From the IMG/VR virus record IMGVR_UViG_3300033067_002502, positions 106,417-170,416 of that record: a stretch of DNA of 64,000 bases, one strand, 5' to 3'. Position 1 is the first letter of the stretch. Each line of letters opens with the position of its first letter. The stretch is from a virus (lineage: Duplodnaviria > Caudoviricetes). Both the position numbers and the translations under genes were made by a program. Shown piece by piece: positions 32,101 through 38,185 of the stretch. The notes under the pieces are model-generated. The model had not been told where the DNA came from, did not search any database, and saw only the letters and a program-made list of their open reading frames with translations.

Positions 32101-32879
32101 AAAGACAAGAAAGTTTATTGAAAGTTAATGATTCCATATACGTTACAATGAAAGCAAGCGATGGAGTCCTTTATAGCTCTTTAGTAAGGTCTCCGTCTTT
32201 GGTTGTTATAGAGGCTCCTCCTTTTGTTTCTAGTGTAGTAATTAAAGGAAAAAAGAATGATGGTTCAGTTCAGAATTCTGTTACATCTGCAACAAGAGCT
32301 TTTGCTGAGTTTGCGTATTTTCAAGACAGCAGCGATAGTACTAAATCTCAAATTATATGGTATGTAAATGGTCTTGAGTTCAAGAGAGGAGACTTAAATG
32401 CAACTGTTGGTGGTATTTCAAATAATGAGATTTTAGTTGGAGAGATAAAAAATAATATTCTTGGTATTTCTCTTGGAAATATTCTTGAAGTTACAATACT
32501 TCCTGCTTCTCAAAATATAATAGGTAATCCAGTTTCTAGTCCATCTATTTCTGTAGAAAACGATCCTCCTTCTGTAAGGAGTGTTACTATATCTCCGAAT
32601 CCAAAAGTTTTATCATCTTCTTCTCTTCAATTATCTTATACATACGTTGATACAGAGTCTCAAAAACAAGGAGGAACTCAGAATGATCAAAGTTCAGTAA
32701 GATGGCTTAAGTCTAGTAAAGGCTCTAGTAGTTTTATTGAAGTTCCTTCATTGCAAAATGCGAGAAATGTTTCTGCTGTGAATACTTCATCTGGAGACAA
32801 GTGGTATGCCGAAATTATACCTTTTGATGGGATAAGTGTTGGAAATGTAGTAAAGAGTAATGTTGTTGAAATATTATAA
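23187..32879 (+). CDS. Giant (3230 aa) putative virion protein: vWA (discontinuous), FN3, LamG, six-blade Kelch, Ig-like repeats
   Basis: MIDAS DQSGS at ~24237; LamG (GAWHLNE...YTFMAWVYP...WNHIAIT...FYING); Kelch blades (LYAIGG, IYIFGG, AYIIGG, RVLGG, YFLGG, YVAGG) at ~28700-29690; vWA C-half PFGASPLYDAL...VNTDNEEN at ~30590-30710; three C-terminal Ig-like repeats. Confidence 0.7.
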   Translation: MNTAITKVSVFLRTVGNSKNTISIPKNGAAFDASNFSKLDQGNPNAIFDNSISGYYGSGYMKIEPKEGSSVYLFPSFTYPIKVEEYGKYKLFIRIKSDENSSFSFSIIINDISVSDHEVVVTDSWSWIYVDLVIPDTRDFDLTFVPKTENSYIDSFYITKEEIPVSFSYVSSYITLHERIFKIESESVGESLPTYQYKTTIEEIVDDNWYNFETTPLLGHSSIVFDSTYAIALFSSGDSEERYLIWDYGDEKNADSTSSFCGLTFNKDNNTWDLDCSKNYSIRAYSFRDSLDESACKIVVPASALEIKKIQRFDTDNLLPIFVQTKVVDEGNNINKVSLSLPDRIVSFIEDQSGSMSWNDKDGLRHTMTQRVVDRLESTYPGEVKYNLIGFGSTPIKINFYAVVESDQVNTSNAANVASSYFFDQESGYAGVRVIRKKDSYPTSPLDGEIVTEGFVERAYDEGLDEGENYFYAAYTFNSNGIFSDGRFINSFPRLKIVPYGVGGFTYRVITGSGSRRDENLIGAWHLNESYGFDAYDFSDNPISLSSSEDLIWLNSTDVPSGVSGIRFDGSSTRLSGLDSGSKLIQDKYTFMAWVYPFNFASKRTIISREDSSNNKISFNLGINSNGTLFFNMDNILTASSSGSLVENEWNHIAITVNSSDVKFYINGSIEGVGSISRLGNYSSESMNFYIGGEDSSFFGKITEVSIHNTIKSDGYISMMSIMPQSSSEKINDNGDRIIVLKYTVPDDFNYDGGQVSIVRKEEKGTAIFDYESNNLVFKGFGEKPSSEIDGEMVYNQTASVGFHSVVLPYDYIHNRTYNFRIYSKNSIGNYSLSSDSPILSIEIPSFETKATRDEVIPIPSISKIENVTIRAGNHKTYIQWSPSTDPETKQILVYWSSSGYPIINNETGVDSTALLVFSGDPSSSELVDRNLENETVNYYAIVAADRYGNMSIPVYVSEIPLDTADESGIPLLEVKQFRYEIVDENTLSLAWDAPVKFQNDIQSWFDQRVVLYAEITDEFGSPITDASNISFVANASIKSTGLAEDVFAESINREVVVPKVENCYVLSSTVISNGLIKGFFRMTTDLDILSSINSLSADIVVSYKIPDRNNPSVNVFEFTSLPVHIEMLNPFSMELVNIGDNSFNFGTIATLSGVKRKSKRRNPLSSTDPVSLQNTRGDLVKFLCKQTVPLDDQSFISSGGLLFDPDKFKEFNGCWIRRSKPFVARIVVTYRGQAIPAGNSCNAAVFEALDPQCDPDEEQPENPCSQLGSTPAAPVPFVPGFSNRRSRTVQPPSTSILFKTGLQRLEDGSTKQISYADIPLTVPRSPHAVMLFGKTSYNGYYSRKKMYIVFDNILRIETTVESPETNCIDVAEQKSIVYMIDPNSPNVDSPIKIAIPDQQIVRWNLRKGRNSKDRPFYSTDNVSSGPGVFSYTRSGSAKKVFFGPACGVTWEVYVPCPGNIIYLPEMYAIKASVVYDGLSAFEERPSILYPPNFTGIGFGSRFLMSMTQYVNVLYADGYDLARVTIYHDPNITGGIEAECFRDCATNSNRPIFVLDNGQIVDIESGSDFEILYGDDLVTNYDETLGEYVVTQANQTVGFAQVPLASTGSSTSFYLRINKFIGKPKSEPPVDNNSSPSPNPCDCIQTPPGLSNKKDLFVVNGRTTINFNGETRYLRGGGDIKTGVPPTTIDLREPLDILIVDIRREGKSVNKVLCDGHSVHEFLVEVTFKHKPVPNGTPIFLTIGGKNPEKIILLSDTIYTEKVNDSILNPTGDVRSFASFFIESINSESSFESQIQAETNYDKRGDVERSMTTCITIKYDSSQPKEEPVKSLEGEISNIYSSSLDIYDTIDNNWTTKSSMNYPRGCLTLNWTFSAYSEMLYAIGGINGKSILSYNEMYDIDADSWTSKKSMITPRFYHMSAQDGNYIYIFGGITATGSNLSITNSVERYNIETDEWELLEEMPSFGQDTYGVALGSCVVSLGKAYIIGGIRRIGQSGSIDAMNDRVLVFDFDSLSWEWSDAFVDNNLVLYERISPFAFVSFDSSSIRVLGGAVSGVLNTITGEIPLEFITDSFKLDLSNLSISLDDFVYSHLPSPRYRGSSVSIYDKHYFLGGTNSKSSVLNIFDIVSEGSPTYSYESLNRMPVAKTSFGSSSDNWKNIYVAGGLTSGRPAGFLQIKAKVNPSSIRLDGKQSSTVSIELLNDIGEHPSKTVRAIVQGILMFPGSSIDTTLTGGDQSQQQSSNSALRDALVYPVIFSSNDFNINEGLGSTIMFPRADDILKKISEIQKSLGIEDTTLSGNQDNTLKIIEGEIRNPYKIKVRITIIDDFYYGQTVVDIKDNEDVKNSTSTPTSGATGSPTSTSGNTGNPVVGVVFDGCRSINASQFIESSSNTGNQNTGRDNENNQPIDQTLKDGDNPVFDLNPPQTPQFDSPEVSYYSDIEWIPQVINYVNNGEYSDITNYIGKLRNSVPFGASPLYDALVKNASILLDESLDKYVKVIYVNTDNEENLSVYSLNTVIEDIQSIDGFGRVPVVINNFSIVFPVTLSALVSRTDTDSLDSISNETGGESQTILDEKFVDEVLNNSIGRVEGSIGWGLYECIVDLNSNSIINSISLDYELFSNTDGNWSFATSEDGFNYSEYSDNFNPNTEVEFTGVNARYLKFKIALLSGLSSSIVEEYETIPTPGSPSLTSINVKYSIPTESYIYFNPEILDYSPQQIAVSISATRPELSQIQIGATTSNSHNWIDYQSGAQPSVNRYGKIVIPIRYNQDNKDLNEPLENINGFMWRTKYGRWDSTSTVVIRDENNNIIDTSIYKTYPQEGIVVFNSNQSGPFSVSIENAGKLKIGVKIINMDSVNPLIIDGLGYMYNTNVFLPPPLSQRPPAVSELRITPSNVTVYQKIGLSYKYFDINQLEENKSESEIKWYINGVEIEYLRNLRTWNDIENTNDPVWIYSFSFTQSDIPSGTSTEQFARQRQESLLKVNDSIYVTMKASDGVLYSSLVRSPSLVVIEAPPFVSSVVIKGKKNDGSVQNSVTSATRAFAEFAYFQDSSDSTKSQIIWYVNGLEFKRGDLNATVGGISNNEILVGEIKNNILGISLGNILEVTILPASQNIIGNPVSSPSISVENDPPSVRSVTISPNPKVLSSSSLQLSYTYVDTESQKQGGTQNDQSSVRWLKSSKGSSSFIEVPSLQNARNVSAVNTSSGDKWYAEIIPFDGISVGNVVKSNVVEIL

Positions 32880-33617
32880 ATGAGTCATCCATATACTGCT
32901 ATAGTTGTTTTGTCACATAATAATGTAGAAGTAACTAAAAAGTTTCTAGAACTATTGTTTAGTAGGACTAAAAATTTTTATCTTATTATGATTGATAACG
33001 GATCTACAGATTCTACTGTAGATTATCTTGAAACTAAGTCATATATTAGTGAAGATAACCAAAATATATTATTGGTTTATAATCAGCAAAATCTTGGAGT
33101 TATTGGAGGAAGAAATCAAGGACATGCCTTGTATTCTACTTTAGAAAATATTCCTGAATATTTGTGCTTTCTTGACAATGATCAATTTGTTAAAGAAGGG
33201 TGGCTTGATCAGCATCACGATTTTATGCAAAAAGGCAAATATGATATTGTTGGAATAGAAGCTTGGCTTATGAATTCGGCATACAAGCCTGTTCGTATTT
33301 GTAAAAAGCCTGGTGATGCTTTTTCCTATGTTGGTTGCGGAGGTATGATGGCTAAAAAATCAGTCCTTGACAAAATTGGATTATTTGATGAACAATTCAA
33401 TCCTGCTTATTTTGAAGATCCAGATTTAAATTTTAGAGCAAAGGAAAATGGATTTAGTATTGGCTGGAATTATTCTGCAAAAATAGATCATTTTCCTCAT
33501 CAAACTTTAGGTAGAGATAAGAACAAAATGATTTATTTCTTTAAAAGTTATGAATATTTTATTAAAAAATGGCAAGGAAAAAAAATCCTTCCTACTAGAC
33601 AAAATCCGATTACATAA
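32880..33617 (+). CDS. Glycosyltransferase family 2
   Basis: IVVLSHN...IDNGSTDST...NLGVIGGRNQG...FLDND...GLFDEQF...YFEDPDL. Confidence 0.9.
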   Translation: MSHPYTAIVVLSHNNVEVTKKFLELLFSRTKNFYLIMIDNGSTDSTVDYLETKSYISEDNQNILLVYNQQNLGVIGGRNQGHALYSTLENIPEYLCFLDNDQFVKEGWLDQHHDFMQKGKYDIVGIEAWLMNSAYKPVRICKKPGDAFSYVGCGGMMAKKSVLDKIGLFDEQFNPAYFEDPDLNFRAKENGFSIGWNYSAKIDHFPHQTLGRDKNKMIYFFKSYEYFIKKWQGKKILPTRQNPIT

Positions 33618-33619
33618 AT

Positions 33620-34735
33620 ATGAAACTTCTTATATGTACAAATTTTGCTCAACCATTTCACACTGGAGGAGCAGAAAGAGTAGTTCAGCAAATAACTGAA
33701 TCAATGGTTCAAGATGAAAATTTTTCTTGTACAGTATTTTGTCAATACGGTTCATCTCCAAAGATTTTTAATGGAGTCAATGTTGTTCCTGTTGGTAATC
33801 TAAGCGAAAGTCAATTTGTAAATAAGATTATTGAAGAGAACCCAGATCATCTATTTATTTATAGTGATTGGTTTTTTATGTGGCCTGCAATTTTGAAAAA
33901 TTTAGATAAATTAGCCATGAAAAAAAGTATTGGTCTTGTTGGTATGAATAGAATGAGATCTCTTATTCCTTCTAATAAGATAGTCGCAGATTTATTTATA
34001 AAAAATCACCAACATTTTAAAGTCTTAGCTCATGCAGAAAGTTATATAGACTTTATTGTTTGCAAAAAATTAGGCATTCCTGTAACGGTTATTCATAATG
34101 CTATTAATTTGAAAGAGTTTATAAAATCTGATTTTGACTTTAAGAAGCATTATGGGATAAATTCTGAAAAAATGTTACTTTGTGTTTCTAACTTCTTTCC
34201 AGGCAAGGGTCAAGAATTTTTAGTTCCAATAATAAGTAAATTGAGAGAAAAGAACAAAGATTTTACTTTTGTTTTTATTTCTTCTACTTTGGCTTTTGAA
34301 CCAGGAAATAGACTTAGAAAAACAATAAAAGATTCTTGCGAAAGAATGAATCTTCCTGTTAAATTTTTAAATGACATACCGAGAGATCACGTTGTTCAAT
34401 CTTATTTTGCTTGTGATGCTTTTGTTTTTCCTTCTCAACAAGAATGCGGTCCAATAGTTGTTTTAGAGGCAATGGCTGCTAAAAAACCGTGGGTTTCTAC
34501 AAATGTAGGGCATATTAAGGAATTAGAAGGAGGCCTTACTGTTGGAGATCTTCCTCCTAATGGTGAAATGTTAAAATTTAAAAATAACGAATTTTATTCT
34601 TTTTGTTTGTACATACAAGATTTATTAGATAATAAAGAATCAAGAATTTCTCTAGGAAATATTGGTAGAGTAAAAATTGAAAATGATTATAATTGGGAAA
34701 AAATAAAAAAACAATATAGTTTGTTTTTTAAGTAA
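33620..34735 (+). CDS. Glycosyltransferase family 4 (GT-B)
   Basis: GGAERVV...VIHNAI...KGQEFL...DAFVFPSQQECGPIVVLEAMAAKKP. Confidence 0.9.
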   Translation: MKLLICTNFAQPFHTGGAERVVQQITESMVQDENFSCTVFCQYGSSPKIFNGVNVVPVGNLSESQFVNKIIEENPDHLFIYSDWFFMWPAILKNLDKLAMKKSIGLVGMNRMRSLIPSNKIVADLFIKNHQHFKVLAHAESYIDFIVCKKLGIPVTVIHNAINLKEFIKSDFDFKKHYGINSEKMLLCVSNFFPGKGQEFLVPIISKLREKNKDFTFVFISSTLAFEPGNRLRKTIKDSCERMNLPVKFLNDIPRDHVVQSYFACDAFVFPSQQECGPIVVLEAMAAKKPWVSTNVGHIKELEGGLTVGDLPPNGEMLKFKNNEFYSFCLYIQDLLDNKESRISLGNIGRVKIENDYNWEKIKKQYSLFFK

Positions 34736-34736
34736 A

Positions 34737-35462
34737 ATGAGTAAAGTAAGCGTTATAACTTCTGTGTATAATTGTGAGTCTTTTATTAAAGAATCTATTA
34801 ATTCAATACTTAGTCAGTCTTTGGAAGATTTTGAATTTATTATAATTAATGATGGTTCGACAGATAAGACTTCTGAAATAATTTCATCATTTAAAGATAA
34901 AAGAATAATTTTTATAGATCATTGTAAGAATAAAGGAGTTATGCTTTGTTCAAGGGAAGCAATAGAATTATCTACTTCAAAATATATTGCAATTCATGAT
35001 GCAGACGACATAAGCATGCCAAATAGGTTAGAAATTCAATATAATTTTTTGGAATTAAATTCTGATATATTTTGTGTTGGAGGTAGAGCTAAGAAAATAG
35101 AAGTAAATGGTTCTTTTATTGGGAATTGGGACTTTCCTCCATTATCTCATAGGGATATCGTGACTATGTTGATTATATATTCAAAATGTCCGATTATTAA
35201 TCCAACAGCCATGTATAGGCGATCTGATTATGATGAAATTGGAGGATATTCTCCTGATGGTTCTGTAAAATTTACGCACGATTTGGATTTTTGGTGCAGA
35301 GCTATTTTTTGCAACAAAAAATTTGCTAATTTAGAAGAATACCTAATAAATTATAGGATAAATCCATTAAGTATGAGTCGTAAAAATAAGTTTGCTCAGT
35401 TAGCCGATCATAATAAGATTATGATCGAATTTAAAAAAAGGATTAAAGATGTCAAATTTTGA
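34737..35462 (+). CDS. Glycosyltransferase family 2
   Basis: VSVITSVYN...SILSQS...FIIINDGSTDKT...AIHDADDIS.PNRLEIQ. Confidence 0.9.
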   Translation: MSKVSVITSVYNCESFIKESINSILSQSLEDFEFIIINDGSTDKTSEIISSFKDKRIIFIDHCKNKGVMLCSREAIELSTSKYIAIHDADDISMPNRLEIQYNFLELNSDIFCVGGRAKKIEVNGSFIGNWDFPPLSHRDIVTMLIIYSKCPIINPTAMYRRSDYDEIGGYSPDGSVKFTHDLDFWCRAIFCNKKFANLEEYLINYRINPLSMSRKNKFAQLADHNKIMIEFKKRIKDVKF

Positions 35463-36642
35463 TAAAAAGTGGACGGAACAAGAATTAGAAGTCCTTTATA
35501 CAGAAAGATTAAAGGGTGTTCCTTACTCTGTTATAGCTTCTACATTAGATCGAACTCCTGATTCTTTGAGAAAAAAATACAATAGATGCACTGATTGGTC
35601 TGTATATTCTTTTTACGACGAAGATGCAAAAGAGCAAAAAAAACTTGAAATAGAAGACGCTGCTATAAAAAGAACAGAAAGTATAAATAAAAGTCTTGAT
35701 AAATACAGACTTAGAGCTGATATTATTGGAGATAAATTAGAGCAAGCAGCTCGTAAACTTCCATTAGCTCCTCCTCCTTGTTATGTTCCTTCTAATAAAG
35801 CTAATAGAACTTCTGAAGATATGGGTCTTATTTTTAGTGATTTGCATGTTGGTCATGAACATACTATGGAGGAAACAGGTAATATTTCTGAATACAATAT
35901 TGATATTTTTCATAAAAGATTAGAAAATCTTAAAAAAGCTATTACTGATATCAAAGAATTGCATTCTAAATTATACAAGATACCTAAATTGCATATTTTT
36001 GCATTAGGAGATATGGTTGAAGGAGCTAATACAGCAGGGGCATGGTCTCAGGTATGGATTGATACTCCAATATACGATCAAGTAATGATTGGATATAGAG
36101 CTATTTCTGATTTTATCTATTATATGTTGACTTTATTTGATGAAGTTGAATTTTATGGTATTTATGGAAATCATGGAAGAATTGCCCCAAGTGGAGCCGA
36201 AAAGAAATATAACAATTTCGACTTATTTTGTTACAAATATATTGAATTGGAATTTAAAAACAATCCAAGAATAAAATTCAATATTGAAAAAACTTGGTGG
36301 ATGATGACAACTGTTCAAAATCATAATTTTTTATTATTACATGGAGATGACATTAAAGCAAAGAATCCACCTGTTACAACTTTCTTAGACTTAGAAAGAA
36401 AAATGACAGGAATGATCAAACAGATACCAAACTATACTCTTTGCGGACATTTTCACAATTGTTCTGAATATACAACACATAATGGCAGAGTTCTTATGAA
36501 TGGCAGTTTTGTTGGTAGCGATGTTTATTCTATAAGCAATTATATGCCAGGCAACGTTCCTGAACAAAAAATATTTGGAATACATCCAAAAATAGGCATT
36601 ACATGGACTTATAATATAAACTTAAACCACGAAAGAGCCTAA
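35449..36642 (+). CDS. Calcineurin-like metallophosphoesterase/nuclease with N-terminal HTH
   Basis: Motifs SDLHVG, LGDMVEG, GNHGR, HGDD, GHFH; N-terminal WTEQE...YSVIASTLDRT...LRKKY helix-turn-helix. Confidence 0.8.
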   Translation: MSNFDKKWTEQELEVLYTERLKGVPYSVIASTLDRTPDSLRKKYNRCTDWSVYSFYDEDAKEQKKLEIEDAAIKRTESINKSLDKYRLRADIIGDKLEQAARKLPLAPPPCYVPSNKANRTSEDMGLIFSDLHVGHEHTMEETGNISEYNIDIFHKRLENLKKAITDIKELHSKLYKIPKLHIFALGDMVEGANTAGAWSQVWIDTPIYDQVMIGYRAISDFIYYMLTLFDEVEFYGIYGNHGRIAPSGAEKKYNNFDLFCYKYIELEFKNNPRIKFNIEKTWWMMTTVQNHNFLLLHGDDIKAKNPPVTTFLDLERKMTGMIKQIPNYTLCGHFHNCSEYTTHNGRVLMNGSFVGSDVYSISNYMPGNVPEQKIFGIHPKIGITWTYNINLNHERA

Positions 36643-36649
36643 GAGGATT

Positions 36650-36658
36650 TGTTATAAT
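36650..36658 (+). promoter_or_regulatory. Extended -10 sigma70-type promoter (TGTTATAAT)
   Basis: Perfect TGnTATAAT in a short intergenic gap, 18 nt before the ATG at 36677. Confidence 0.45.
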
Positions 36659-36676
36659 TTTGCAGAATATTAGTAC

Positions 36677-37717
36677 ATGGAACATAAAATAAGTGATTTT
36701 GCTATTGTTTATAAAGCTTTGCAGATTTTTTGCAAACAGGTTGATTGTGATTTTGTAGATCTTCCTATTATTTTTGACAAAATAGAACAACCTAACTTTA
36801 AAGACGGTTCTATTTATTTGCAAGAAGGAGGAAATCTTCTTGACACGTTATCTTCTATTTATTCTGTTTATATGAATTATTTAGGTCAAATATGTGGAAG
36901 AAATATAGATAATAATGAATGTAAAAACTCATTAATGAATTTCTTTTTATCTTTATTGAGAGATTTCAAGACAGAATATGGAGATAAATCTTCATATGAA
37001 AAAGAAGATGTTATTTCTATGAGATTGGATCAATTTCATATTGTATGGATGTTGTTAAAAAATATCTTCTGCCCATACAAAAGCATACGACTTAAAAACA
37101 TTAAAGTTGTTGCAAAATATTCTGAAAAATTTGATGTATCTTTAGCTGTTTGCGAAGTGGAAGATCCTTATGTTTTTGTTAATCTAAGTATAGAAAAAAA
37201 TTCAGTTCGTTCTGCTTTTGTTTTAGTTGAATCTTTGAGGGTCTTGTTAGATGGCGATTCTCCAGAACCTATTATTAGAGAAGTTTTTTCTAATTTCTTT
37301 TTAAGAGATAAAATACTAGATTTTTTGGGAATTGCATTTCCTGATGATAAAGAAATTTCTAATTTTTTAGCAACTCTTTCTATTCTTTGTCAATCTATAG
37401 ACTTAGAAAATTTAGCATTAGATACGGTAAAGAAAAATAAAACAAAAACAGCACAAAGTAATCCTTTTGTAGGGAATTTTTGGTTTTTAGGTCTTACTGA
37501 AAAAATGATGGATTCTGTAAGAGGAGCAGACTGGTCTACTACAAAGAACATGAAAGACTTTACTAAGGATTTGTGGGATAGAGTGGAAGACGAAAGAAAA
37601 AGCAGAGGTTTGTCCGAACTTCCATTTGAGCTATTACTGAGAGTTCAAAGTGAAAATTTAGAAACACCTCCTAATCAAACAATGCAAGAGTTGTTATCAA
37701 AAACAAGAATATGGTAA
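36677..37717 (+). CDS. Hypothetical protein (346 aa)
   Basis: Long ORF on the coding strand; no recognisable motif. Confidence 0.7.
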   Translation: MEHKISDFAIVYKALQIFCKQVDCDFVDLPIIFDKIEQPNFKDGSIYLQEGGNLLDTLSSIYSVYMNYLGQICGRNIDNNECKNSLMNFFLSLLRDFKTEYGDKSSYEKEDVISMRLDQFHIVWMLLKNIFCPYKSIRLKNIKVVAKYSEKFDVSLAVCEVEDPYVFVNLSIEKNSVRSAFVLVESLRVLLDGDSPEPIIREVFSNFFLRDKILDFLGIAFPDDKEISNFLATLSILCQSIDLENLALDTVKKNKTKTAQSNPFVGNFWFLGLTEKMMDSVRGADWSTTKNMKDFTKDLWDRVEDERKSRGLSELPFELLLRVQSENLETPPNQTMQELLSKTRIW

Positions 37718-37729
37718 AGGATGTAATAT

Positions 37730-37981
37730 ATGGCAGATATTGATTTAAAATCTCTAAATGATGTTGATTTTTTGAAAAAAATGATATTTTCTTTACAGAA
37801 GCATGTCGCTAATCTTGAAAACGTTGTTAATATGATGAGAATTGGTCATTTTATTGATGCAAATGATAGAGTAAAAGGATCAAAAGAAGGTCTTACTCAT
37901 ATCAAAATATCTTTGGAAGAAAGAATGCATTCTAAAATGCTATTAGAGGTAAATGATAATGAAAATAATCACAACTCCTAG
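37730..37981 (+). CDS. Hypothetical protein (83 aa, coiled-coil-like)
   Basis: AAGGA SD upstream; tight gene packing. Confidence 0.6.
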   Translation: MADIDLKSLNDVDFLKKMIFSLQKHVANLENVVNMMRIGHFIDANDRVKGSKEGLTHIKISLEERMHSKMLLEVNDNENNHNS

Positions 37982-38177
37982 CTTTGAAAAAATATCTGCA
38001 TGGGACTTTAATAGAAAGCCAACTTTTTTACCAGAAGAAGAAAACGTTACTCAAGATTCTTTGTTCAATCAAGAAAAAAAAGATAAAGATTCCATAATTA
38101 ATAAATGGAAAAAGAACAAAAGTGTTCCTACTAAGAAGATATATCAATTTGGTTTAGATGTTCCATCTGTAAAATAA
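37953..38177 (+). CDS. Hypothetical protein (72-74 aa)
   Basis: GAGG SD upstream (start may be 37959); fills the gap before the helicase. Confidence 0.55.
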   Translation: MIMKIITTPSFEKISAWDFNRKPTFLPEEENVTQDSLFNQEKKDKDSIINKWKKNKSVPTKKIYQFGLDVPSVK

Positions 38178-38185
38178 GAAATAAT

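Noticed and set aside
37430-38000. KTAQ and MKII.T..F.K motifs as capsid-targeting or protease-cleavage signals
   Set aside because: Only two weak instances in this window; not supportable without the rest of the genome.
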